This document shows, piece by piece, positions 47,786 through 56,738 of a DNA stretch of 64,000 nucleotides (position 1 is its first letter; the number at the start of each line of letters is the position of its first letter). The stretch lies in NCBI GenBank assembly GCA_036560225.1, contig DATBRN010000027.1, positions 531-64,530 on the forward strand, in the 5' to 3' direction. The notes beneath the pieces are model-generated. The model saw only the letters and a program-made list of their open reading frames with translations, was not told where the DNA came from and searched no databases. Source of the DNA: Pyrinomonadaceae bacterium. GTDB taxonomy: Bacteria; Acidobacteriota; Blastocatellia; Pyrinomonadales; Pyrinomonadaceae. A program made the translations under genes and the position numbers.

Positions 47786-47869
47786 GAACAGAAGACAGAA
47801 AGCAGAAGGCAGAAAGCAGAAGGCAGAAGGCAGAAAGCAGAAGGCAGTAGGCAGGGGCAGACGGCAGGG
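47786..47869. repeat. Heptamer tandem array, GCAGAAG family (about 12 copies)
   Basis: gaacagaagacagaaagcagaaggcagaaagcagaaggcagaaggcagaaagcagaaggcagtaggcaggggcagacggcaggg. Same motif as 1031-1157. Confidence 0.9.
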
Positions 47870-47873
47870 AAAT

Positions 47874-48641
47874 ATGTTACTAAAGACTTCTAGATTGGTA
47901 ATCAACCGATTTTGCGTGGTCCTGCCGACTGCTCCTGCCGCCTGCCGACTGCGGTGCGCCGTCTGCCAACTGCCCCTGCTCTGCCTACTGCTTTCTGCCT
48001 ACTGCTTTCTGCCTTCCGTCGTTCGCGGGCAGCAGGTCATCGACAAAATGGTGGCCACTGTCAACGCCGGCGTTCTGCCCGATTGCCGACAGACTTGCCT
48101 GATAACCTATTCGGATATTCTCTGGCAACTGGCCCTGCAACCGAACACACCACTGGACAATCAGTCTTCAGGTGTCCTGAACCGGGCTATGCGTTTGCTG
48201 ATTGACCAGAGACTAATTCTTCAGGAAGCGGAAAAGCTGCCCTCTATTGCACCGACTTCAGAGGAGGTCAGGAACGCGCGCGATGAACTGGTGAAGGCTT
48301 TTCCTTCGCCGGCAGAATTTCAACAACGACTCCTGAGCGTGGGATTAACGGCCGACAAGCTCGATGAAATTCTCGAGCAGCGCGTCAGGATTGAGAAGTA
48401 TCTTGACTTTCGTTTTCGCAACTTTGTCGTCATTACCCAAAAAGAGATCGCTGATTACTACAGAGATACCTACGTGCCTCGCCTCAAGGCACGTGCCCCC
48501 GGTCAAATCGTCCCCACGGTCGACGAAGCTCGCCCGGAAGTAGAAAAGATACTTACGGAAGCCAAAATTGAGTCGGACACAGACGCTTTCCTCGACAACG
48601 CTCGCGAGCGCGCTGAGATTGTCATACTCAATCCGGTTTGA
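47874..48641 (+). CDS. SurA N-terminal-domain-type periplasmic chaperone (no obvious PPIase domain)
   Basis: VIDKMVATVNAG..ITYSDILWQLAL..LIDQRLILQEAEKL is SurA_N-like. The hydrophobic signal-like N-terminus is encoded by the heptamer array. The start is uncertain. Confidence 0.65.
   Translation: MLLKTSRLVINRFCVVLPTAPAACRLRCAVCQLPLLCLLLSAYCFLPSVVRGQQVIDKMVATVNAGVLPDCRQTCLITYSDILWQLALQPNTPLDNQSSGVLNRAMRLLIDQRLILQEAEKLPSIAPTSEEVRNARDELVKAFPSPAEFQQRLLSVGLTADKLDEILEQRVRIEKYLDFRFRNFVVITQKEIADYYRDTYVPRLKARAPGQIVPTVDEARPEVEKILTEAKIESDTDAFLDNARERAEIVILNPV
47921..48015. repeat. Heptamer tandem array of the complementary motif (CTGCCGA/CTGCCTA/CTGCTTT), an inverted partner of 47786-47869
   Basis: cctgccgactgctcctgccgcctgccgactgcggtgcgccgtctgccaactgcccctgctctgcctactgctttctgcctactgctttctgccttc. 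It lies inside the 5-prime end of the SurA-like ORF. Confidence 0.9.
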
Positions 48642-48657
48642 TCATCTTGCGGCATTT

Positions 48658-48908
48658 GCGGCTCAGCCGGCGCACAGTGCGATAAGGCTATGCCTTACCG
48701 TTGCGTCTATAAGAAATTGGAGGCTACGCCTCGGATTGATCAGGCGCAGCCTGAAAAACAAAGAGCGGAGCGCGCGGAAATTTGGGCTTTCCGCGCGTTT
48801 TCCATACTCCTTGAGGATGCGCCTCATAAATCGGAGGCGTAGCCTCCGGTGAGTTGGGGGCTTCACGGTAAGGCTAAGCCTTACCGCCCTGTGCGGCGGC
48901 AGAGCCGC
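48658..48908. mobile_element. MITE-like element, 251 bp, same family as 31498-31660 with diverged ends
   Basis: Ends are GCGGCTCAGCCGGCGCACAGTGCGATAAGGCTATGCCTTACCG and CGGTAAGGCTAAGCCTTACCGCCCTGTGCGGCGGCAGAGCCGC. Internal modules include ggaggctacgcctc, caggcgcagcctg and ggaggcgtagcctcc. Confidence 0.7.
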
Positions 48909-48957
48909 AGGTGGCAAAATGAAATTAGAGCTCACTCACAGTTCCAGTGTTACCCAA

Positions 48958-51900
48958 TCACGCGGGGCGGCGAAGGTAGGAGCGAAGTTGCGGTGGGGTT
49001 GCCTTGCGCAGCAACGCACTCTTGGCTTTCCATTCCATGGTGCGACTGAGTTCGACCAGAAAGCGCGTTTCTCCAGACTCCAGGATTGTTATCGGTTCGC
49101 CGTTGCGATAAAGGATTCGGTTGGAAGTGTACGCGGTGACACGACCACCCGGGGTTATGATGCCCACCAGATTCAAAGGATCGGCGGCGCTCACCGAGAT
49201 CAAACTTTCCTGGCCCGTACCTCCTTGAGCATCACCGGTAGACTCGTCAGCGCCCTGAGCAGGTGAGCGTAAACCAAAATCCATCGCTCCGGTTCGCGTG
49301 CGTCGTATTGCGCGCAACATTCCCACGGCATCCGGCAAGGCAAACTGCTCGCCGGAAATTCCCGCTACGAAACGCCCTCCGCGAATCTCGCCGCGCGCTT
49401 CCAGTCGATGATAGATCCGCAGCAGCACACGCCAGGGCAACGCTATACCCTCGCGCTCTAGCAGGCGTTTGAAAACTACCCCATAGCGTTTGAGCAGAAT
49501 GCGCGCAATATTCTCGGCAGCCTCTGGATCGATGTTTGAGTCATCCCTCAAACTGCCATCGGGCGACCGCTGCAGCAGCGACCAGCGTCCCGCGCTCGAC
49601 ATTTCGTAGATAGGCTGCCGGTGCTTGCGGCGCGACGCTGCCTGAGTCTTGCGACTACCGGGAGTTAAGAGAGCACGAAGTCCCGCGAAACTATCGGAAA
49701 TAACTAGTCCGTTAGCCACTAATTCGCCCAGCGACTCCTCCACCTGGCTGCGCAACAGTCCTGTGCCTTCGACGATGTCGGTGAAGAAAGAAGCGCCGCG
49801 TGTCCCCAGATAGTCGTGAACCGCGCGAGTAGTTGTTGAGAATTCGACTTCACCCACTGACGGTTGTGGAAACACTGAGTTCCAGATGGCGAAGTTCTTG
49901 CGTCGCAGGAGTGCGATCGGAGTGTTGCGCACGGGAACAGAACCACGCGCTCGCTCTACACCCTTTTCGGAGTTTGCTGCACGTGATGCCGCTGAAGACG
50001 GCGCGGGTGGAGTCAGCCTTGCCCAGACGACTTCACCCGAAAGACATAAAGCATCGAGCCACGCAGGATCGTATTCAAGCAGCCGGCTCGGCAACAGTTC
50101 TCCTTCCCAGGCAGCTGCCGGGGCTTCGAAACCTTCGAGTTGCTCGATGATTGCTCTAACGCTTTCTGGCCCTTCCATTTGATGGTCAGGGGCGACTTTT
50201 TGCCAGGCGAGAAGATAACGCATGAAATCGGCTGTGGAGACTGGCTCGATCTCCTGCCGCAAACGATTGAGTGTGTAACTGTGAATCCGGGCCAGGAGAC
50301 GCCGAGCCGACCATTCAGTTTCCGTACCTCCCGGCGTGAACTGCCCTCGAATTACAAAGCCCTCTGCTTCGAGCTTGAGAAGAGCTGATTCGATGTCATT
50401 CGTGCTGAGGCCAAAGGAGGAGGCAAGCGCGCCGGCCGTTACGGGCCCAAGACCCTCCAAACGTCCGCGCAGGACTTCGACCAGAGCGTCTTCGAAGGTC
50501 CATGCAACTTGCCCGAGACTTTCAGGCGCGACGATTGGCGGTGTCAGCAGGGCAGAGGGGTAAATAGTTTTCAGTTGCGGCAAGCGCTCAGCAGCGACCC
50601 AAAGATTTAGCTTGTCTATTGGGACCGTGTTTACTGGGCCGGTTAATCCTGGGGCCGCGGGCGTCTCGCCCGCACCCGTTGCATTCCCAGGCAAGTCCAA
50701 GTTAACGGGTTGTTCGCGCTCCGCGCTCAGTGCGGGCGAGACGCCCGCGGTCCCAGGATTAAGGGTCCCAGTATTAACTAGTCCAGTATTAACGGTCGCA
50801 GCATTAACTTGAAGAATAGCGGCACGTCGGTCGTTTTGCAGCTCGGTAAAAAACTGCTGCCATTCCGCGCCTTCGGCTGCAGTAATCAAACCTAACTCCA
50901 CGAGTGCGTCATGCAATTCGTCTGGATTTTCGACCCGGGGCCAGGCTTCTTCACGAACGCGATCGATAGCGGCCTGATCGAGTTTGCCCATGTCCTTCGC
51001 GGTTTGTGGGTCGAGCCAGCGTCGCTGTTGCACCGCGCGAGTGCGGCGCTCTTCAAGCGGGGCGTCGTCTAGATAGGCATATGGTCGAGCGTTAAGTATC
51101 TCCTGGGCCAGGGGCGAAGCTTCGATCACATCGCGAGCAAACAGGTTCTTTTCGTTGCGTTCAATCGACGTCAGCAACTTTTCAAGACTGTCAACGTCCA
51201 TCGCTTCCACCAGGCAGTCCTTAACTGTCTGATCGATCAAGGGATGCGCTGGAATCTCGCGTTCCCCACCACCAAGGTTCTCCGCACAAGCCACTTGATC
51301 GGGGAATATCGCAGTCAGCAGGTCCTCTGCATCCATGCGCTGCAATTGCGCAGGAATCTTCTTGCCCCCGCGGCGCCGCAAAACCGCCAGAGAACGAGTC
51401 ACGTTCCAGCGCCAGCGAATATTCCACATCGGCGCGTCAAGCAGTGCCTGGCACAGAAGCTGGCGCACAGTCTTGGAGTTGAGATAGTGAAACACCTCAT
51501 CGAGTGGAAAACTGTGGGTGGGCCCAAGCGAAAGGACGATTGCATCCTCGGTCGCCGCAGCCTGGAGCTCAAAATTAAACTTGCGGCAAAAACGCTTGCG
51601 CAACGCTAAACCCCAAGCTCGATTCAGGCGGCTGCCAAACGGTGAATGCACCACCAACTGCATGCTGCCGCTATCGTCGAAGAAGCGCTCGAGAACGAGG
51701 TTGTCCTGCGTTGGCATGATGCCAAGCACGGCCTTGGCTCCCGCAAGATACTCGACGATCTGTTCCGCCGCCGCGCGGGAGATGCCAACCTCGTCCACTA
51801 GATATTTAGTTGCGGGCTCGAGATTAATCGTGGGCGGAATCATCGGATCTGCTTGCTCGGGAGGTAATGGTTCGTCGCTGACATCAACACGGTTTGCAAC

Positions 51901-53697
51901 CTCTTCGCGCAGGCGCGAGACGGAAACTGAAAGTTCGTGAGTACGGGCCGGCGCTTCACCCAACCAGAATGGAATCGACGGCGGCTGGCCATGTGCATCC
52001 TCAACCCGAACTTTACCCTGCTCGACACGCAACACGCGCCAGGAAGTGTTGCCCAATTGAAAGATGTCGCCCTGCAAACTCTCGATGGCGAAGTCTTCAT
52101 TCACCGAGCCGATTACGAGATCGCTGGGTTCAAGTACAACCGCATAATCCGCCGTGTCGGGAATTGCCCCGCCGGAAGTGATTGCCGAGATGCGGGCATT
52201 GCGACGCCCGCGTATTCGGTGATTTACAGCATCATGGTGGAGGTAGGTTGAGCGGCGTCCGCGCTTTGTGGAAAATCCTTCAGCGAGCATGCGAATGACC
52301 GAATCAAACCTCTCTCTTTCCAGGTTCCGGTAAGGATAGGCATGCCGGACCATCTCAAAAAGAGCTTCTTCGGTCCATTCTTCAGCGGCCGAGGCAGCGA
52401 CAATTTGTTGCGCAAGAATGTCGAGCGGCTGTTCCGGAATGTCGAGACGGTCAAGTTCGCCACGGCGCACGGAATCAATTATTCCAGCGCATTCCACGAG
52501 CTCGTCGCGCGACAGCGGGAAAATTCGTCCTTTGGGAAAACCGGCCACGGTGTGATTTGAACGGCCAACACGCTGTAAGAAACTGGTAATCGAACGAGTA
52601 GAACCGAGCTGGCAAACTAGATTGACGTCGCCGATGTCAATGCCGAGTTCGAGCGAAGCTGTAGCGACCAGCGCGCTTAGTTCGCCGGCCTTCAATCTTT
52701 GCTCGGCGGCCAGGCGTTGTTCACGCGCAAGGCTGCCATGATGCGCGGCAATATTTTCATCGCCGATGCGTTCGCCCAGATGGCGGGATACACGTTCGGC
52801 AAGTCTTCTGGTGTTAACAAAAACGAGGGTTGTTTTGTGTTGGCGAATTAATTGCGCTAACCGGTCGTAAACTTCTTCCCAGACGTCGCCTGACATAACG
52901 GCTTGCAATGGGGATTCAGGAAGCTCGATAGCCAGATCCAGGCGGCGCGTATGTCCGGTGTCGATAATGGTACAGACAGGCGCGCCTCGGGAATCAATGT
53001 TTTGCGTGCCTACGAGAAAACGCGCAACTTCCTCGATAGGGCGCTGGGTTGCCGAAAGGCCGACGCGAACGAGTTTCGAGTTCCGGGTTTCGAGTTTCGA
53101 GTTTTCTGCTTTGTGCTTGGCAACGAGCTGTTCGAGGCGCTCAATGGAAAGTGCGAGATGGGAACCACGTTTGTCGCTGACGACCGCGTGAATTTCGTCA
53201 AGGATAACGGTGCGCGTCGTTTCCAACATGCGACGTCCGCCTTCGCTGGTAAGCAAAATGTAGAGAGATTCCGGCGTCGTCACAACAATATGAGGAGGAC
53301 GCTTAGTCATTGCGGTGCGATCTCCAGCTGGAGTGTCGCCCGTTCTGACAAAGGTCCTGATGTTGACGTCGGGCAAACCCATCGCTTGCAGTTCGTCCCG
53401 AATGCCCGCTAGCGGAAACTGCAAGTTTTTTTGAATGTCGTTGCTCAGCGCTTTAAGCGGCGAGACATAAACAACGTGAGTTGTGTCATCGAGATTCCCG
53501 TCAATTCCGAGGCGCACGAGATCATCAATCGCGGCCAGGAAAGCGGCGAGAGTTTTTCCTGAACCGGTGGGTGCAGCAATCAAAGTGTTCTGATGCTCTT
53601 TGATTGCCGGCCATGCTTGTTGCTGCGGCAGCGTCGGCTCGGGAAAACTCTTCGCAAACCACCGGGCAACCGCTGGATGAAATACCTCGAGATTCAT
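48958..53697 (-). CDS. lhr: Lhr-type large ATP-dependent DEAD/DEAH-box helicase
   Basis: 1579 aa with [13 protein letters not shown] (motif I), VILDEIHAV (motif II), [18 protein letters not shown], and a long Lhr-like C-terminal extension. It carries in-frame repeat insertions at 53070-53106 and 50618-50810. Confidence 0.88.
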   Translation of the reverse strand: MNLEVFHPAVARWFAKSFPEPTLPQQQAWPAIKEHQNTLIAAPTGSGKTLAAFLAAIDDLVRLGIDGNLDDTTHVVYVSPLKALSNDIQKNLQFPLAGIRDELQAMGLPDVNIRTFVRTGDTPAGDRTAMTKRPPHIVVTTPESLYILLTSEGGRRMLETTRTVILDEIHAVVSDKRGSHLALSIERLEQLVAKHKAENSKLETRNSKLVRVGLSATQRPIEEVARFLVGTQNIDSRGAPVCTIIDTGHTRRLDLAIELPESPLQAVMSGDVWEEVYDRLAQLIRQHKTTLVFVNTRRLAERVSRHLGERIGDENIAAHHGSLAREQRLAAEQRLKAGELSALVATASLELGIDIGDVNLVCQLGSTRSITSFLQRVGRSNHTVAGFPKGRIFPLSRDELVECAGIIDSVRRGELDRLDIPEQPLDILAQQIVAASAAEEWTEEALFEMVRHAYPYRNLERERFDSVIRMLAEGFSTKRGRRSTYLHHDAVNHRIRGRRNARISAITSGGAIPDTADYAVVLEPSDLVIGSVNEDFAIESLQGDIFQLGNTSWRVLRVEQGKVRVEDAHGQPPSIPFWLGEAPARTHELSVSVSRLREEVANRVDVSDEPLPPEQADPMIPPTINLEPATKYLVDEVGISRAAAEQIVEYLAGAKAVLGIMPTQDNLVLERFFDDSGSMQLVVHSPFGSRLNRAWGLALRKRFCRKFNFELQAAATEDAIVLSLGPTHSFPLDEVFHYLNSKTVRQLLCQALLDAPMWNIRWRWNVTRSLAVLRRRGGKKIPAQLQRMDAEDLLTAIFPDQVACAENLGGGEREIPAHPLIDQTVKDCLVEAMDVDSLEKLLTSIERNEKNLFARDVIEASPLAQEILNARPYAYLDDAPLEERRTRAVQQRRWLDPQTAKDMGKLDQAAIDRVREEAWPRVENPDELHDALVELGLITAAEGAEWQQFFTELQNDRRAAILQVNAATVNTGLVNTGTLNPGTAGVSPALSAEREQPVNLDLPGNATGAGETPAAPGLTGPVNTVPIDKLNLWVAAERLPQLKTIYPSALLTPPIVAPESLGQVAWTFEDALVEVLRGRLEGLGPVTAGALASSFGLSTNDIESALLKLEAEGFVIRGQFTPGGTETEWSARRLLARIHSYTLNRLRQEIEPVSTADFMRYLLAWQKVAPDHQMEGPESVRAIIEQLEGFEAPAAAWEGELLPSRLLEYDPAWLDALCLSGEVVWARLTPPAPSSAASRAANSEKGVERARGSVPVRNTPIALLRRKNFAIWNSVFPQPSVGEVEFSTTTRAVHDYLGTRGASFFTDIVEGTGLLRSQVEESLGELVANGLVISDSFAGLRALLTPGSRKTQAASRRKHRQPIYEMSSAGRWSLLQRSPDGSLRDDSNIDPEAAENIARILLKRYGVVFKRLLEREGIALPWRVLLRIYHRLEARGEIRGGRFVAGISGEQFALPDAVGMLRAIRRTRTGAMDFGLRSPAQGADESTGDAQGGTGQESLISVSAADPLNLVGIITPGGRVTAYTSNRILYRNGEPITILESGETRFLVELSRTMEWKAKSALLRKATPPQLRSYLRRPA
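50618..50810. repeat. Composite repeat inside lhr: ATTAAC-type short tandem repeats flanking two oppositely oriented GC hairpins
   Basis: The hairpins are GCGGGCGTCTCGCCCGC and GCGGGCGAGACGCCCGC. ccgcgggcgtctcgcccgcac (50655-50675) and gtgcgggcgagacgcccgcgg (50730-50750) are exact reverse complements. The composite matches the intergenic element at 2327-2389. Confidence 0.85.
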
Positions 53698-53876
53698 AGG
53701 AGGGGAGATTATAACTGAAATCGAGGAATTTGCACAGATGAAACAGTGGCCTAGCCATGCAAGCTAGCGAGGATGGGACGCAGGATCCGCTGATTACTCA
53801 GATTTCACGGATTTACTGAAAGAACCTGGGGTTTTCTTTTTAAACCTGCGTAATCTCGTAATCTGCGGATTAATCT

Positions 53877-54284
53877 TCAGCGCCAGGCGCCGATGATTGC
53901 GCCCATGATGACGAAGGCCAGGGTCATATAACCGCCATTGATCGCGATGTAAGCCCAGGACCTGTTTTCAAAAACGCCAATGATTGCGATCGACAACGCT
54001 ACCCAACCGAAGCCCGCGAGCGCGCCGGCGGTCATTCCCCAGACGGCATTGGTATTCGGTGCGGCGAGAAACATCGCGAGGTTTAGTGCCATTACTAGAG
54101 AAAACACAAACGACCAGCCAAACATTCGTGCCTTGCTAAACGTTTGCAGATCCTCGTCCGCAAATTTGTTTGCCCGCATCCAGGCTTTGCCGAAAAGCAT
54201 TGGTGAATACCAGAGACCGCCCAGGACAAAAGTTGACACAGCGGCGGCCAGCACGGCGAAGTAGTTGATTTTTGAAAAGTCCAT
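53877..54284 (-). CDS. DUF1761 family membrane protein
   Basis: INYFAVLAAAVSTFVLGGLWYSPMLFGKAWM is the typical DUF1761 N-terminus. The protein has 4 TM segments. Confidence 0.75.
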   Translation of the reverse strand: MDFSKINYFAVLAAAVSTFVLGGLWYSPMLFGKAWMRANKFADEDLQTFSKARMFGWSFVFSLVMALNLAMFLAAPNTNAVWGMTAGALAGFGWVALSIAIIGVFENRSWAYIAINGGYMTLAFVIMGAIIGAWR

Positions 54285-54450
54285 GTCTTGACTCCTTTGG
54301 GGGGTTGCGCCAACGACAGCGGAGTCTAGGCAAAAGAAATACTGCTGTATTGTAAAAAATTAACCTTAGGCGGATTTGTTCAAGCAGTTCGGAGTTCAAA
54401 CTTTAGTTTGCTCGGGTTTGGAAACAATATTCACACCGTCCGAGTGATTA

Positions 54451-54617
54451 CCGCGAAGCGGTTAGGTCCTCCAGCCCAGGGTTGCCGTCGCGGCTACCCT
54501 GGGTGCGCGCGTTCGGGAGAGGACGCAACCCCATCGGGGTTGAGACGGATTGAATTCGCTAGACCCAGGGTAGCCGCAAACGGCAACCCTGGGCTGGAGG
54601 TCGCAACCGCTTAGCGG
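54451..54617. repeat. Long imperfect inverted repeat (arms of about 53 bp, centre of about 60 bp with its own small hairpin)
   Basis: Left arm is ccgcgaagcggttaggtcctccagcccagggttgccgtcgcggctaccctgggt. Right arm is acccagggtagccgcaaacggcaaccctgggctggaggtcgcaaccgcttagcgg. Central hairpin is caacccc-atc-ggggttg. Confidence 0.85.
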
Positions 54618-54625
54618 TACAGGCT

Positions 54626-55441
54626 CTAAGGAAGGGGAATGTAGTTCATGTATTCGCCGCGCATCGTGAGATACGCGGAAGGGTTGAGTCCGGAGAAGTT
54701 ATGAAATTCCTTGATGAAGTGGGCCTGATCGTAGTAGCCACAATCGTAAGCAATGGCTGACCACTCGATTTTCTTCTCCTGCTCGATCAGTCTGAGAACT
54801 TTCTGAAATTTGCAGATTCGAGCGAAACTCTTCGGACGCAAGCCTACAACTTTCTCAAACTGCGAAATCAGATGCTTCTGGGTGATGCCGATCGTGTTTG
54901 CGAGATCCCGGATCGCCAAAAACTGCGGCGAATGTTGCAACTGGTGCACCGCAAACGCAATCAGTCGGTTGGCCTCGAGCGCGCGTCGCGCATGACTCAG
55001 CAAAAACGACTCAAGGCGGACAAGTCTGTCTTCCGTTGTCTCAAGTTCCAGCAGTTGATCGCGAATTTCGTCGACCAGCCTGCCCCAGATTAAGTCCAGG
55101 TCTATAACCGAGTCGTTCAGCTCTGAAATGGGAAAACTAAAAAATGGATAGGCGCCGCCCGGTCGAAAACGGATGCCTATCATGCAAGTGTTTCCTGAGC
55201 CGATGATGATATAGCGGGTCCTTTCGCCTGAAATCCAGGCCTTCCGGCAGAGTCGAAAATGATCGGTGTTTTCATCATCAAAGAGTTTCTTTGGCTCGGG
55301 ATCCAGATCAATGAGTAGCTCGATCGCGCCATCGGGCAAGAGTTTCTCGCGTGTATGTTCGGGATGATTACCGGCAACGTACCAGATATTCTCAACAAAC
55401 TGAGAAAGTGGCGGCTGGGGGAAGTGGAGTTTGTGGATCAT
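54626..55441 (-). CDS. AraC-family transcriptional regulator
   Basis: The C-terminal HTH_18 region is IRDLANTIGITQKHLISQFEKVVGLRPKSFARICKFQ..IAYDCGYYDQAHFIKEF. Confidence 0.82.
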   Translation of the reverse strand: MIHKLHFPQPPLSQFVENIWYVAGNHPEHTREKLLPDGAIELLIDLDPEPKKLFDDENTDHFRLCRKAWISGERTRYIIIGSGNTCMIGIRFRPGGAYPFFSFPISELNDSVIDLDLIWGRLVDEIRDQLLELETTEDRLVRLESFLLSHARRALEANRLIAFAVHQLQHSPQFLAIRDLANTIGITQKHLISQFEKVVGLRPKSFARICKFQKVLRLIEQEKKIEWSAIAYDCGYYDQAHFIKEFHNFSGLNPSAYLTMRGEYMNYIPLP

Positions 55442-55554
55442 CGTGCGTTTAGGATCCGCAGATAAGCAGATAACGCAGATTTAAGCAGGAAAGTTTCCGG
55501 CAATTGCAATGCGAATCGTTTTGTTAAGATCGCCGGTATCTGAGGATTTAACGA

Positions 55555-56211
55555 TCACTCAAACTGTTTCTTGAAACTCTCAAACTGCGTTTTCAGCATT
55601 CCGATGTCGGCTTTCAATGTTTCAACCTCAGCTTCGAGTGCGGCCACTCTGTCGCTGTCCCGGCTGCGGCTTCTGGCTGGGGCAACATCCTGTTGTATGG
55701 CCTCAATTGAAACTTCTCCGGAAAGAAGATGAGCGTAACGAGCCTCTTTCTGACCGGGCTGACGCGGCAAGCGTGTAACCAGCGGGTCTGGCTCCCTGTT
55801 TATCAGTCCATTCAGCGTAGCTTCGACTTCTTCCAGGCCTGAAAACTCATGCAGCCGAAAAGCGCGTGTCGCAAGTTCACCAGTAGTTTGCGGCCCACGG
55901 AGTAGGAGCACACAGATCAGCGCCATCTCCGGGTGGCTCAGATGCATTACCTCAGGCAGGACGTGTTTGTATTTGGGTACCCGGCTTGTGCTGCCATAAA
56001 ACACGTAAGCAAGGTTCTTCTCGCGCAGAGTTTCAATCGCGTGTGCGACTGTTGTCTCGTCGTAAGAAGTGACCGGGGTCCGGTTGTTCTTCTGATTGCA
56101 AGCGAGCGTTAGCGCGTTTAGGGTGAGGGGATAGTATTCCGGTGTCGTCACCTGCTTTTCAACAAGCGATCCCAGTACTCTAGCTTCAACATCAGTTAAT
56201 ATGGTGGTCAA
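55555..56211 (-). CDS. DUF480 (YceH/UPF0502) family protein
   Basis: LTDVEARVLGSLVEKQVTTPEYYPLTLNALTLACNQKNNR.. plus a C-terminal coiled coil. Confidence 0.8.
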   Translation of the reverse strand: MTTILTDVEARVLGSLVEKQVTTPEYYPLTLNALTLACNQKNNRTPVTSYDETTVAHAIETLREKNLAYVFYGSTSRVPKYKHVLPEVMHLSHPEMALICVLLLRGPQTTGELATRAFRLHEFSGLEEVEATLNGLINREPDPLVTRLPRQPGQKEARYAHLLSGEVSIEAIQQDVAPARSRSRDSDRVAALEAEVETLKADIGMLKTQFESFKKQFE

Positions 56212-56228
56212 TTGATCTTGTTCCTGAA

Positions 56229-56642
56229 TCAGTTATCTTGAAAGAATTCCTCGAGTATGCCTGTAAGCTCCGCCGGACTTTGATAGGTGCGGACGGTGGC
56301 AGCTTTGCAGCCTGAAATCATTGCCGAAAGTGAGCGGCCATTTTCCTGGCGATAAAGGCAAAGCACTGGCTTGCCCCATTCCGTGGCTTTACCGATTTCA
56401 TACCCCACTCCAAGGCTGGGAGTTGTAACTTCGGCAACAAGATAGTCGGATTTTTTTAACCAATCCAGATCGCGGTCGTGGATCTTACAATCGCCGATGT
56501 CCTGGCCAAGCACCCTCAATTCAGCGTCTGCCACATGTTCAGTCAAGACTTCGCCGTGTTTTTGCAACAGCCGAACGATGTCGTGGTACAGCGCGGCATC
56601 CTGGCACCCACCCCGGATTGATCCTGCGAAGTAGATTCTCAT
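56229..56642 (-). CDS. DNPH1/Rcl-like 2-deoxynucleoside 5-phosphate N-hydrolase (nucleoside 2-deoxyribosyltransferase fold)
   Basis: MRIYFAGSIRGG..LYHDIV..GEVLTEHVADAEL..DLDWLKKSDYLVAEVTTPSLGVGYEIGKA..LCLYR..SLSAMI is collinear with animal DNPH1 as I remember it. Confidence 0.8.
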   Translation of the reverse strand: MRIYFAGSIRGGCQDAALYHDIVRLLQKHGEVLTEHVADAELRVLGQDIGDCKIHDRDLDWLKKSDYLVAEVTTPSLGVGYEIGKATEWGKPVLCLYRQENGRSLSAMISGCKAATVRTYQSPAELTGILEEFFQDN

Positions 56643-56738
56643 TATCGGGGATCACTTGTAACGCAAAACTGTTACTTTGCGGACGGTTCGTTGCCACTCA
56701 CTTGTGTGTAACCTACCGACGCAAACTAACAGTTTGCT

